DNA from: Pseudomonadota bacterium
GTDB lineage: Bacteria; Pseudomonadota; Alphaproteobacteria; Rhodobacterales; Rhodobacteraceae
NCBI GenBank assembly: GCA_039195745.1
Contig: JBCCVD010000012.1
Span: 39,100 to 103,099, forward strand
Direction: 5' to 3'
Length of the DNA: 64,000 bases
The notes under the pieces were generated by a model. It did not search any database, was not told where the DNA came from, and saw nothing but the letters and a program-made list of their open reading frames with translations. Within the stretch, counting starts at the first letter, position 1, and each line of letters opens with the position of its first letter. The position numbers and the translations under genes were made by a program. Shown piece after piece: positions 47,943-57,648 of this stretch.

Positions 47943-48835
47943 TGGACCTGGTCAGCCCCTGCCGTGCAATGCGACACTGATGGCATAATACATTGGCTTG
48001 GTTCCCTCGTTAAGTTATCCGCGCTATGCTATGCACAATTGTATATGTGTGAGCCTTTTCTTACGAATCCCTTCGTGTGCTTCGATCCGTCGGTGTGCCC
48101 AAGTTAACAGCCTTTGTTGCTACCGTCAGCCTGACCGACATTCGTGTTCAACCCGTCGCGACCAAAGAGCCAGATTCCTACCCCTGCAGTGAATTCCTGG
48201 TTCCAAGTCTAGCAGCCCTGCCGCTTACCGTGAATATAGGCATAAGAGCGGTGGCTCCCAAACTGCAATAAACATTCAAAAGGCCATTAAATTCGACCTT
48301 GCGTCCTGTTGGCCTACACAGTTCACGATGTTTAAAACCGTGCAGTGCCGTTAGGCCAGTTCTCAGGCAGTTGTCGCTGAGGCAGTGGGTACAATTGTCA
48401 AAAACCCGAGCCGCGATCGCATAACAGCATAGAAAGACAAATTCCAACTGCTCGATGACGGGAACACTGCCTGGCGCTAGCCGACATTTCTCAAGTCTTT
48501 GCGTGGCAGACTTGTTGAGGTTGGCTCTGTGACCGACGCGTCCACACGGGAGTTTGGCCTAGAGTTTGTCAAAGCTTTCAAGGAGTATTGGCCAAGCAAG
48601 GGATCACGCCTTGCGGTTTGCCGGACGTGCGCAACATGATTCTGCTGCTGAATTAAGCAGGCTGGACCCTTCTGATGTTCACGGCTATACACCGCGCTAT
48701 GACGCATATGCCTCGTATCATACGAATTATTTCCCCGGCGCTCTAAGCAGATGAGACGCCGGGCCAAGGTGTTTGAGCTACGCGCACCGCCCTCTTTCGA
48801 TATACACAGACACGACCGCAAAAAGGACGCCCGAA

Positions 48836-51775
48836 ATGTGCGCCGACACACCTGACGTAAATTATAAAGACACGCTGAACCTGCCAAAGACCGACTTTCC
48901 AATGCGCGCCGGTTTGCCCAACCGCGAGCCCGGCTGGCTGGAGCGTTGGGCGCAGATCGGTGTCTATAACAAGCTGCGCGAAAATGCCGAAGGGCGCAAA
49001 CCCTTCACTCTGCATGACGGCCCGCCCTATGCGAACGGGCATCTTCATATTGGTCACGCGCTGAACAAGACGATCAAGGACATCATCGTCCGCTCCCATC
49101 AGATGATGGGTTATGACAGCCGCTACATCCCCGGTTGGGACTGTCACGGTCTTCCCATCGAGTGGAAGATCGAAGAGAAATACCGCCAGAAAGGCCGTGA
49201 CAAGGACGCGGTTGATCTGGTCGAGTTCCGTCAGGAATGTCGCGATTTTGCAAGCGGCTGGGTCGATATCCAGCGCGAAGAATTCAAGCGTCTGGGCGTC
49301 ACCGGCAATTGGGACGATCCCTATCTGACGATGGCCTTCCATGCAGAACGCGTCATCGCTGAAGAGTTCCAGAAGTTCCTGATGACAGGGACTTTGTATC
49401 AAGGCTCCAAACCCGTCATGTGGTCTCCGGTCGAGAAAACCGCTCTGGCCGAGGCGGAGGTCGAGTACCACGACCGCCAGACAGAAGCGATCTGGGTCCG
49501 CTTCCCTGTCACCAAAGCGCCTGAAGCTCTGGCAACCGGCGACAACGCGGTGCTGTCGGTTTTGGGCCAGACTGCGCTGTCAGTCGTCATCTTTACAACA
49601 ACCCCTTGGACCATTCCGCAAAACCGGGCGGTGTGCTTTGGGCCGAACATCTCCTACGGTCTTTATGAGGTTACAGGTCGGCCAGAGGAATGCTGGGCCA
49701 AGATCGGCGAACGCTTGATCATCGCGGATAGCATGGCCTCCGAAGTGCTGGGCCTCGCACGCTTGGACGAGAAGATGTACCGCCGTTTGGGCGATGTATC
49801 GGCCGATGCACTAGCTGATCTCACCTGCGCCCATCCATTACGCGACGCTGCAGGTGCAGATGGCGAATGGGACTATGACATCCCCCTACTTCCCGGCGAT
49901 CACGTCACGGATGACGCAGGGACGGGCCTTGTCCATACCGCGCCAAGCCATGGTGATGACGACTATGCGATCGGCGTCAAGCACGGGCTGGAGATGACCT
50001 ATAACATCCTCGATGACAGCTCTTACCGCGCGGATCTGCCTTTCTTTGGGGGGGAGGTGATCATCAAGCCCAACGGCAAGCCCGGCAATGCCAACAAGGT
50101 GGTCAATGCCAAGCTGATCGAATTGGGCGCGATGCTGGCGTCGCGCCGTATTACCCTGTCTGACGCCCATTCCTGGCGCTCCAAAGCGCCAGTGATCCGC
50201 CTGAACCGTCCGCAATGGTTTGCCGCCATCGATAAGGCTGTTGGCGACGGGCAGGACCAGTTCGGCACCACGATCCGGCAGCGCGCTTTGACCGAGATCG
50301 ACAATGTGAAATGGACGCCTCAGTCCGGTCGCAACCGCCTCTATTCCATGATGGAAGCGCGCCCCGACTGGGTGCTCTCGCGCCAACGCGCATGGGGCGT
50401 GCCGCTGACGGTGTTCACCAAGAACGGCGCGGGGTTCAACGATGATGATTACCTCTTGCGCAACGAAGAGGTGAATGCGCGTATTCTTGAGGCCTTCGAG
50501 GCCGAGGGCGCGGATGCGTGGTACAAGGACGGCGCGAAGGAGCGGTTCCTGAGCGGTATCGTCAACCCGGATGACTACACGCAGGTCATGGACATCCTCG
50601 ACGTCTGGTTCGATAGCGGATCGACCCATGCTTTCACCCTGCGCGACCGCGAGGACGGCACGGAGGACGGCATCGCTGACGTCTATATGGAGGGCACCGA
50701 CCAGCACCGCGGCTGGTTCCATTCCTCCCTTTTGCAATCGGTGGGCACCACCGGCCGCGCACCTTATCGCAATGTAGTGACGCACGGGTTCACGCTGGAT
50801 GAGAAGGGCATGAAGATGTCCAAATCTATCGGCAATACGGTTGTTCCAGAGAAAGTCATCAAGCAATACGGCGCCGATATCCTGCGCCTGTGGGTGGCGC
50901 AGACGGATTTCACCGTGGATCAACGGATCGGCGATGAGATCCTGAAAGGCGTGGCTGACAGCTACCGCCGTTTGCGCAACACGATGCGGTTCATGCTGGG
51001 CTCGCTGAATGATTTCACCGAAGCCGACCGCGTGGAGCCTGCAGATATGCCCGAACTGGAACGCTGGGTGTTGCATCGCCTGTCTGAGCTGGACGAACAG
51101 GTCCGCGACGGATATGCACGGTTCGACTTCCAGGGCGTCTTCCAAGCGGTCTTCACCTTCGCCACAGTCGACCTGTCCGCCTTCTATTTCGACATCCGCA
51201 AGGACGCATTGTACTGTGATGGCGATACAGACCGCCGCCGCGCTGCGCGCACGGTTTTGGACATCCTCTATCATCGCCTGACCACGTGGCTCGCCCCAAT
51301 CCTCGTGTTCACTTGCGAGGAAATCTGGCTCGAACGCTTCCCCGGCGAGGACAGCTCTGTGCATTTGCAAGACATACCAGAGACACCCAAAGCATGGCGT
51401 GATGACGCGCTGGCTGCAAAATGGGCCACCGTGCGCAAAGCCCGCCGCGTTGTGACCGGCGCGTTGGAGGTCGAGCGCACGAACAAAGTGATCGGCTCTT
51501 CGCTTGAGGCAGGCCCTACTGTCTATGTCGATGCCGCAGCTCAGGACGTGCTGAACACCGTCAGCTTTGACGACATGTGTATCACCTCTGCGATCACGGT
51601 CACGACCGATGCCGCGCCTGCGGAAGCGTTCAAACTGGACGATATCGCGGATGTGGCAGTGACCTTCGCCAAAGCCGAAGGCGAAAAGTGCCAACGCTGC
51701 TGGAAAATCCTGCCCGATGTCGGCAGCCACAAACATCCGGGCACATGTGCCCGGTGCAATGCGGCTGTTGGTTAA
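48836..51775 (+). CDS. ileS: Isoleucine--tRNA ligase (type 1)
   Basis: HDGPPYANGHLHIGH, KMSKS, C-terminal CQRC..CARC zinc motif; ATG 48836. Confidence 0.97.
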   Translation: MCADTPDVNYKDTLNLPKTDFPMRAGLPNREPGWLERWAQIGVYNKLRENAEGRKPFTLHDGPPYANGHLHIGHALNKTIKDIIVRSHQMMGYDSRYIPGWDCHGLPIEWKIEEKYRQKGRDKDAVDLVEFRQECRDFASGWVDIQREEFKRLGVTGNWDDPYLTMAFHAERVIAEEFQKFLMTGTLYQGSKPVMWSPVEKTALAEAEVEYHDRQTEAIWVRFPVTKAPEALATGDNAVLSVLGQTALSVVIFTTTPWTIPQNRAVCFGPNISYGLYEVTGRPEECWAKIGERLIIADSMASEVLGLARLDEKMYRRLGDVSADALADLTCAHPLRDAAGADGEWDYDIPLLPGDHVTDDAGTGLVHTAPSHGDDDYAIGVKHGLEMTYNILDDSSYRADLPFFGGEVIIKPNGKPGNANKVVNAKLIELGAMLASRRITLSDAHSWRSKAPVIRLNRPQWFAAIDKAVGDGQDQFGTTIRQRALTEIDNVKWTPQSGRNRLYSMMEARPDWVLSRQRAWGVPLTVFTKNGAGFNDDDYLLRNEEVNARILEAFEAEGADAWYKDGAKERFLSGIVNPDDYTQVMDILDVWFDSGSTHAFTLRDREDGTEDGIADVYMEGTDQHRGWFHSSLLQSVGTTGRAPYRNVVTHGFTLDEKGMKMSKSIGNTVVPEKVIKQYGADILRLWVAQTDFTVDQRIGDEILKGVADSYRRLRNTMRFMLGSLNDFTEADRVEPADMPELERWVLHRLSELDEQVRDGYARFDFQGVFQAVFTFATVDLSAFYFDIRKDALYCDGDTDRRRAARTVLDILYHRLTTWLAPILVFTCEEIWLERFPGEDSSVHLQDIPETPKAWRDDALAAKWATVRKARRVVTGALEVERTNKVIGSSLEAGPTVYVDAAAQDVLNTVSFDDMCITSAITVTTDAAPAEAFKLDDIADVAVTFAKAEGEKCQRCWKILPDVGSHKHPGTCARCNAAVG

Positions 51776-52001
51776 GGACACAGATATCGCCGGGGCGATC
51801 CTCGCTCTGGCGCTTGAGCGGGGGCGGGAGAAGAGCCTTTGTCCCTCAGAAGTTGCGCGCGGGCTGGCTGAGGACTGGCGCCCGCTGATGCCGGAGGTCC
51901 GTCGTGTCGCGGCGGGTATGACAGAGGTCGAAGCACGCCAGAAAGGCGCACCCGTTGATCCACTGGTCGCCAAGGGCCCAATCCGGCTGGCTCTGAAATG
52001 A
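51768..52001 (+). CDS. DUF3253-like small winged-helix protein
   Basis: KSLCPSEVAR..WRPLMPEVRRVA..Q.G..VDP..KGPIRL; probable TTG start overlapping the ileS end. Confidence 0.75.
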   Translation: MVKDTDIAGAILALALERGREKSLCPSEVARGLAEDWRPLMPEVRRVAAGMTEVEARQKGAPVDPLVAKGPIRLALK

Positions 52002-52450
52002 AGGCGGGATTTGCCTCTCCGCTCGGGCCTTTGACCATCTGGCAGAAGGGGGACGCGCTTACGCGGCTCGACTGGACCGATGCGGGCGGCATGCCGGATA
52101 CGAAACTGCTGAAGGAGGCTGTAGATCAGCTTGCAGCCTATTTCGACGGGACGCGTGAGCAATTCGATCTGCCCTTTGACATACAGGGCACCCAGTTTCA
52201 GAAAGACGTCTGTGCTGCGATGAGTGCGATCCCATTTGGCTACACCCGCACCTATGGCGAGATCGCAAAGGAGCTTGGCGTGCCCGCGCAAGCCATCGGA
52301 AAAGCCTGTGGCGCCAACCCAATCCCAATCATGATCCCCTGTCACCGGGTCATGGGCGCGAAGGGGCTCACCGGTTTCTCTGGCAGAGGCGGGGTAGAGA
52401 CGAAAGTCGCGCTACTGCGCCACGAAGGTGCAGCAGGGCTATTGATTTGA
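51998..52450 (+). CDS. ogt: Methylated-DNA--protein-cysteine methyltransferase
   Basis: IPFGYTRTYGEIA, NPIPIMIPCHRV active site. Confidence 0.93.
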   Translation: MKAGFASPLGPLTIWQKGDALTRLDWTDAGGMPDTKLLKEAVDQLAAYFDGTREQFDLPFDIQGTQFQKDVCAAMSAIPFGYTRTYGEIAKELGVPAQAIGKACGANPIPIMIPCHRVMGAKGLTGFSGRGGVETKVALLRHEGAAGLLI

Positions 52451-53283
52451 GCGTCTTTGTCTTCTTCGCCGTTTTGGGCGCGGCTTTTCTCCACGCGCTC
52501 TGGAACGCGCTGATCAAGACCGGCGCCGACAAGATGACTGGCCTGTTTGTCATGACGCTGGTGCAAGGCGTCTTTGGCTTGTGCATCGCGGCCACCCGTC
52601 CCTTTCCCGAGGGGGCGGTCTGGTGGTGGCTGCTGGCCTCTGGGGTCTTTCATTCCGCTTACAAATTGGTCCTCGCCTATGCTTATGAGCATGGCGATCT
52701 CAGTCGCGTCTATCCGATTGCACGCGGGGCGGCGCCGATGATGGTGCTGGGGCTGAGCTTCTGGCTGCTCTCTGATCCGATTGCAGGCATGGAATATGTC
52801 GGCATCGTGGTGCTTGGCTGCGGCATTTTGATGATGGCGCGTGGTGTTTTTGCCAATTCCGAGTCCGCGCGTTTGGTGCCTTTTGCTCTCGGCTCTGCTA
52901 TGGCCACGGCAGGCTATTCCATCGTGGACGGGCTGGGTGCGCGGGTCCTGGGTGATGCAGTGAGTTATGTGGCTTGGCTCTTCGTGATGGATGCAGTCTT
53001 TTTCAGCCCGATTTGCCTGGCGCTGAAGGGCCGCGGGGTCTTGACGACTGACCCGCGCGTTTGGGGTTTGAATTCAGTTGCGGCAGCGGCCTCTTATGGT
53101 GCCTATGCGGTGGCTGTTTGGGCTATGACACTAACGCCCATCGCATTGGTGACGGCCCTGCGTGAAACATCCATCCTGTTCGCCGTATTGATCGGCTGGT
53201 TGATCTTTGGGGACCGTATGGACCGTCAGAAAGCGATCGCTGCCACATTGATCGTCACTGGTGTTGTGTTGACGCGGATTTAG
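52447..53283 (+). CDS. EamA/DMT-family transporter
   Basis: AFLHALWN, DLSRVYPIARG, VTALRETSILFA; about ten TMs. Confidence 0.9.
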   Translation: MSVFVFFAVLGAAFLHALWNALIKTGADKMTGLFVMTLVQGVFGLCIAATRPFPEGAVWWWLLASGVFHSAYKLVLAYAYEHGDLSRVYPIARGAAPMMVLGLSFWLLSDPIAGMEYVGIVVLGCGILMMARGVFANSESARLVPFALGSAMATAGYSIVDGLGARVLGDAVSYVAWLFVMDAVFFSPICLALKGRGVLTTDPRVWGLNSVAAAASYGAYAVAVWAMTLTPIALVTALRETSILFAVLIGWLIFGDRMDRQKAIAATLIVTGVVLTRI

Positions 53284-53978
53284 ACCGCTTTACGCTCATA
53301 GATGACCTGCTGGGCGATGCCTGCAAAGAGCAGATAAACAGAGGTGATCACCAAGCCCCAATGCGCCCAGCTTTGCGGATGAAAATCGACCCAAGCGGCC
53401 CAGCCTGCAAAGAATGTCCAACCCAACGCCATCGGCAGCGTGACTGCCCGCCAGCGTTCTGTCCGGACAGGATGGACAAATTTCAGCGGCACAAACATCG
53501 CAACGGCAAGGACCGCGACGAGCACCAGAATCACCCAGAAATTTGGCTCCAGCGCAAAGACCACGACGGCCACCATGTTCCAGCATCCTGGAAATCCCGA
53601 AAAGGAATTGTCTTTCGTTTTCATGCGCGTATCGCAGAAATACATGGCAGAGGCGAAGGTGATGACGATGATCACGAACCAGCCGGTCCAGCCCTCAAAC
53701 AGGCCAGATTTGAAAAGCGCAAAGGCCGGAATGAACACATATGTCAGATAGTCGATGATCAGATCGAGAAGCACCCCGTCGAATTGCGGCGCGTGGTCTT
53801 TTACGTTGTATTTTCTGGCCAGTGGCCCGTCGATCCCATCCACACCGAAGGCCACGACGAGCCAGACAAACATGAGCGCCCATTTCTCATCTACCGCCGC
53901 AAGCATCGCCAACATGGCGAAAACGGCTCCGGTGGCGGTGAGCAGATGGACGGAAAGGGCTTTGAGTTGCGCAGTCAT
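53280..53978 (-). CDS. pcs: Phosphatidylcholine synthase
   Basis: VHLLTATG, VDGIDGPLAR..FDGVLLDLIIDYLTYVFIPA (CDP-alcohol phosphotransferase motif); ATG 53978. Confidence 0.9.
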   Translation of the reverse strand: MTAQLKALSVHLLTATGAVFAMLAMLAAVDEKWALMFVWLVVAFGVDGIDGPLARKYNVKDHAPQFDGVLLDLIIDYLTYVFIPAFALFKSGLFEGWTGWFVIIVITFASAMYFCDTRMKTKDNSFSGFPGCWNMVAVVVFALEPNFWVILVLVAVLAVAMFVPLKFVHPVRTERWRAVTLPMALGWTFFAGWAAWVDFHPQSWAHWGLVITSVYLLFAGIAQQVIYERKAV

Positions 53979-54067
53979 TTCCGTGTCATGGCGCAATATG
54001 GAGGGTGATGCAATGAAAACGCCCCCGTTGATCAGGCAACAGGGGCGTGACATGCCGGTAATTCTGA

Positions 54068-54652
54068 TCAGTTGGTGATCCGAACCTCTTCCAGCGGGTA
54101 ACCCAGATCGCCTTGGTCCGCATAGGCTTCATGACAATTGTGGCAGAAGCTCTGTTTTATCTTCATGGGTTTGCCATTTGGCTGCACGGCTGAATAGATC
54201 CAGTCATTCGCATCCGGCGCAGCCCCCGCGTCGCCCTTCGTCATGATAAAGAGCGGGCCAACCACGGCTTTGCCTTTCTTCGTGTTGATCTTGATGCTCT
54301 CCTTGGCAAGCACGGAACCTGCAGGCATCACGACGCCCTCATCTTCGAACTTCAGATACTGCTCGGCGGCAATGTCATTGGCGAATGTGTTGAGCAGACG
54401 ATTGCCATGCGGACCCGCGACTGCCGGGCGGGTCGCGGTCGGCGACCAGTCCCGATAGGCAGCAGCAATCTCATTGCCTCCTTTCGTGTAGCCCTCCAGC
54501 ATCTTTGCTGAGATGCAGGCATAGATGTCATTGATTTCAGCAGCTTCGAGATCGAATGCATCTTCGACATCGGTCTTGCACTCAGCAGCAAAAGCGCCAG
54601 AACTCAACGCGAGAACGGCGAAAGCAACTGTGAGAATTTTGGGGGATTTCAT
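54068..54652 (-). CDS. Periplasmic cytochrome P460-family protein
   Basis: Signal peptide; YRDW, MPAGSVLAKE, DWIYSAV, C-terminal CHNCH heme motif. Confidence 0.8.
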   Translation of the reverse strand: MKSPKILTVAFAVLALSSGAFAAECKTDVEDAFDLEAAEINDIYACISAKMLEGYTKGGNEIAAAYRDWSPTATRPAVAGPHGNRLLNTFANDIAAEQYLKFEDEGVVMPAGSVLAKESIKINTKKGKAVVGPLFIMTKGDAGAAPDANDWIYSAVQPNGKPMKIKQSFCHNCHEAYADQGDLGYPLEEVRITN

Positions 54653-54774
54653 TGTTTTGGCTCCAGTATTGTGGCTGAGCCAATCTGTCGCAGCTTCCTG
54701 CGCACAGGTCTATGAAACTGAGATCACCAATCGCACACAAGAGCGTGAAGCGGGCCTTCTGGTCGCCGATTAAG

Positions 54775-55704
54775 TTAGCCGCGCCCCCGTGGATGGGCAT
54801 CGGCGTAGATCTCCATCAACCGGGCTGTGTCGACAGCCGTATAGGCTTGTGTCGTGCTGAGCGACGCATGACCCAGCAACTCTTGAATAGCGCGCAAATC
54901 GCCTCCCGCTTCGAGCAGATGGGTCGCGAAGGAGTGGCGCATCGCATGAGGCGTGGCAGTGGCAGGCAGACCAAGCTGGTGTCGTGCATTTTCCATCACT
55001 TTTGCAATCATGCGGCTGTTCAGTGGCCCGCCGCGCGCGCCCCGAAAGAGCAGATCGTCAGGCTCAAGCTCAAAAGGCAGGGCGCGTGCATATCGCGCAA
55101 CGGCGTTTCGCGCAGCCTCAAGAACCGGTATGATCCGTTCTTTGCCGCCTTTCCCCGTGATCCGCAGAACGTCGGGCAGGGGGGCGTCTTTTGCCTTCAG
55201 GCCCAATGCTTCAGAGATCCGTAATCCGCAGCCATAAAGCAGCGTGACAACAGCCACGTCGCGCGCTGCAATCCAGCCGGTGCGCGATTGTATCTCCACG
55301 GTTTCCAGCACGGCAATCGCGGCATCTTTCGCCAATGGTCGCGGCAATTTCTTTTGAAATTTAGGGGAGCGCGTGGCCAGGACTGCTGTCGGATCAAACC
55401 CGTCACGTTCAGAAAACCAGCGGTAGAAAGATTTCACGGCGGACAATTCCCGCGCCAAAGACCGGGCAGAGATACGACGCCCGCGCTCATGCGCCATCCA
55501 CGCCCGCATATCCATCGGCTTGAGCCGCTTTAACGGGCCAAGCCCCGTCGCCTCCCCAAAATGCTGTGTCATGAAGGCCAGAAAGCCGAACACATCATGG
55601 CGATAGGCCTCAATCGTGTTCTCAGCCACCCCGCCCAGTGCAGAGAGATGTTTTAACCAAAGTTCTGTGAGGTCCCGGGCAGCAGGTGAGATCAGCCCAA
55701 CCAT
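54775..55704 (-). CDS. xerC: Tyrosine recombinase XerC
   Basis: LLYGCGLRISE, GKGGKERIIP, TPHAMRHSFATHLL, LGHASLSTTQAY; follows DUF484. Confidence 0.9.
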   Translation of the reverse strand: MVGLISPAARDLTELWLKHLSALGGVAENTIEAYRHDVFGFLAFMTQHFGEATGLGPLKRLKPMDMRAWMAHERGRRISARSLARELSAVKSFYRWFSERDGFDPTAVLATRSPKFQKKLPRPLAKDAAIAVLETVEIQSRTGWIAARDVAVVTLLYGCGLRISEALGLKAKDAPLPDVLRITGKGGKERIIPVLEAARNAVARYARALPFELEPDDLLFRGARGGPLNSRMIAKVMENARHQLGLPATATPHAMRHSFATHLLEAGGDLRAIQELLGHASLSTTQAYTAVDTARLMEIYADAHPRGRG

Positions 55705-56393
55705 CGGCGCATGGCGCGCTCAAACACGCCACCGAAGAAGATCAGAAGGTCCGTGCCCTGATTGGGGCGGAACTGATGTGGGTCTTCCGAGCCCATGATC
55801 AACAGGCCTGGTAAACGGCCACGTCCGAGGTCAAGTTTCAGAAGCGCTTCGGATTTTATATAGGCGGCGTTGTCACCATAGACATCTGTTGACGCAGGCG
55901 AAACCTGTCGCAGGGTAACAGGGCGTACGGTCATGTTGCGGCCGCCAGTGATGTAATAATCAACCACGCTAGGCTCAACGATGGACAGAACATCCTCGAA
56001 CCCGATGGAGGGGCCATCTGCTTCCCGGCTCTCAAGGATCAACCGCATGCGCGACACGCGCATCGCTTCCACCAATTCGCCTGACAGCAGTTTCAGGAAC
56101 GCGGGGAAATCCGTGGGTTCAAGCACTTTCAAAATCGCATTGTGGATCAGGTTGGTGCCGGCCAAATTCTCGTAGGCTGCCGCGATCACGGAGCGGTGCG
56201 TGTCTTCCAGCCGGTCCAGACGGCTCTCCAGCCGTTCCATCGCAATCCCGCGCAAATCCACGATATTGCCACCCAGCGTCCGCTCGTTTGCGTCGATCAA
56301 TGCTTTCATAAGGCTTTGATCTTCAAGGATAACCTCTGGTTCATCCAAGATCTTCTGACGGAGTGCATCCAGCACTGCGGCCTGCTCGCTCAT
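55692..56393 (-). CDS. DUF484-family protein
   Basis: GNIVDLRGIAMERLE, F.PNQGTDLL.FFGGVFER; conserved position upstream of xerC. Confidence 0.85.
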   Translation of the reverse strand: MSEQAAVLDALRQKILDEPEVILEDQSLMKALIDANERTLGGNIVDLRGIAMERLESRLDRLEDTHRSVIAAAYENLAGTNLIHNAILKVLEPTDFPAFLKLLSGELVEAMRVSRMRLILESREADGPSIGFEDVLSIVEPSVVDYYITGGRNMTVRPVTLRQVSPASTDVYGDNAAYIKSEALLKLDLGRGRLPGLLIMGSEDPHQFRPNQGTDLLIFFGGVFERAMRRWLG

Positions 56394-56619
56394 GTTCTGT
56401 CCTCGTTAAGTCGGGGCATTTCCGGCAACTATAGCGAGGCAATTAGGCAAGATCACCTAGGAAATTCAGCGATTTTCAAATGGCCAGAAAACCGTGTGGT
56501 TTCTGTCAGGATGCCGTTCCTTTCTTCCGTGCTCGAATGGCGCCCATGCTGCTCTTTCTAAAGCGTTGACTGCACTGCGAAACCGTGACCTGTTAGGGCG
56601 ATCACTATGGGGGTTGATT

Positions 56620-57609
56620 ATGAACGTATTCAAGACAACACGTCGCGCGCTGCTTGCGGCCATCGTGGCCGGTGCGGCCTTCGGACCTGTCGCAGCGGCT
56701 GCTGCGGAGAAGGTCAAAGTCGCCGCGATCTATACGCTGCCAGTAGAGCAGCAATGGATCAGCCGCATTCACAAAGCGCTCAACACCGCTGCAGAGCGCG
56801 GCGATATAGATTACAGCTTCTCTGAGAATGTCGCGAACACCGATTACGAACGCGTCATGCGCGAATATGCCGAACAAGGCGCGCAGTTGATCGTGGGAGA
56901 GGTCTTCGGTCTGGAACGTGCGGCCCGGAAAGTCGCAGGTGATTATCCTGACACCGCTTTCCTGATGGGCTCGTCCTTCGGGGCGGTCGCGCCGAATTTC
57001 TCCGTCTTTGACAATTGGATCCATGAGCCATCTTACCTCTCGGGCATGATCGCAGGGGCAGCCAGCGAGTCGAACCTGATCGGCATGGTTGGCGGCTACG
57101 CAATCCCGGAAGTGAACCGTCTGATGCACGCGTTCATGGACGGTGCGCGGGAAACCAATCCTGATGTGAAGTTCATGGTGAACTTCATCGACAGCTGGTA
57201 CGATCCGCCAAAAGCCAAGGAAAGCGCTTTTGCAATGATGGATGCGGGTGCAGACATCATGTACGCGGAACGCTTCGGTGTCTCTGACGCCGCCGTTGAG
57301 CGTGGCGTCAAAGCCATTGGCAACGTCATTGATACATCCGGCGACTACCCCGGCACCATCCTTGCCTCCGCACTATGGCACATGGAAGCCACGATCGACC
57401 GTGCCATCAAAAACGTCGCCGACGGCACGTTTGAAGCGGCTGATTACGGCCAGTACAGCTTCATGGCTTATGGCGGCGGATCGCTGGTGATGGACGAAAC
57501 GCTTGTACCTGCAGAAGTGGCCGAGGCGGTCAAAGCGAAAGAGGCGGATATTCTGGGAGGGCTGTTCCGGGTCAACGTCAATGACGCGCGCCCGGTCTCC
57601 GACAATTGA
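56620..57609 (+). CDS. BMP-family nucleoside/purine ABC substrate-binding protein
   Basis: Tat-like TRRALL leader from ATG 56620; IGMVGGYAIPEV, FIDSWYDP.KAKE. Confidence 0.9.
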   Translation: MNVFKTTRRALLAAIVAGAAFGPVAAAAAEKVKVAAIYTLPVEQQWISRIHKALNTAAERGDIDYSFSENVANTDYERVMREYAEQGAQLIVGEVFGLERAARKVAGDYPDTAFLMGSSFGAVAPNFSVFDNWIHEPSYLSGMIAGAASESNLIGMVGGYAIPEVNRLMHAFMDGARETNPDVKFMVNFIDSWYDPPKAKESAFAMMDAGADIMYAERFGVSDAAVERGVKAIGNVIDTSGDYPGTILASALWHMEATIDRAIKNVADGTFEAADYGQYSFMAYGGGSLVMDETLVPAEVAEAVKAKEADILGGLFRVNVNDARPVSDN

Positions 57610-57615
57610 TCCTGT

Positions 57616-57639
57616 TGGGCTGGCCGCAAGGCTGGCCCA
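57616..57639 (+). other. Intercistronic GNRA hairpin after the binding-protein gene
   Basis: TGGGCTGGCC-GCAA-GGCTGGCCCA: 10-bp stem with two G-U pairs. Confidence 0.55.
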
Positions 57640-57648
57640 CGGCAAACT

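Noticed and set aside
49886-52345. 819-aa ORF on the minus strand
   Set aside because: Antisense shadow of ileS/DUF3253/ogt, expected from GC-rich codon bias; no recognisable motifs.
54775-55704. Tyrosine recombinase as the integrase of a mobile element
   Set aside because: Host-like GC, DUF484 synteny and the absence of att repeats or cargo mark it as chromosomal xerC.
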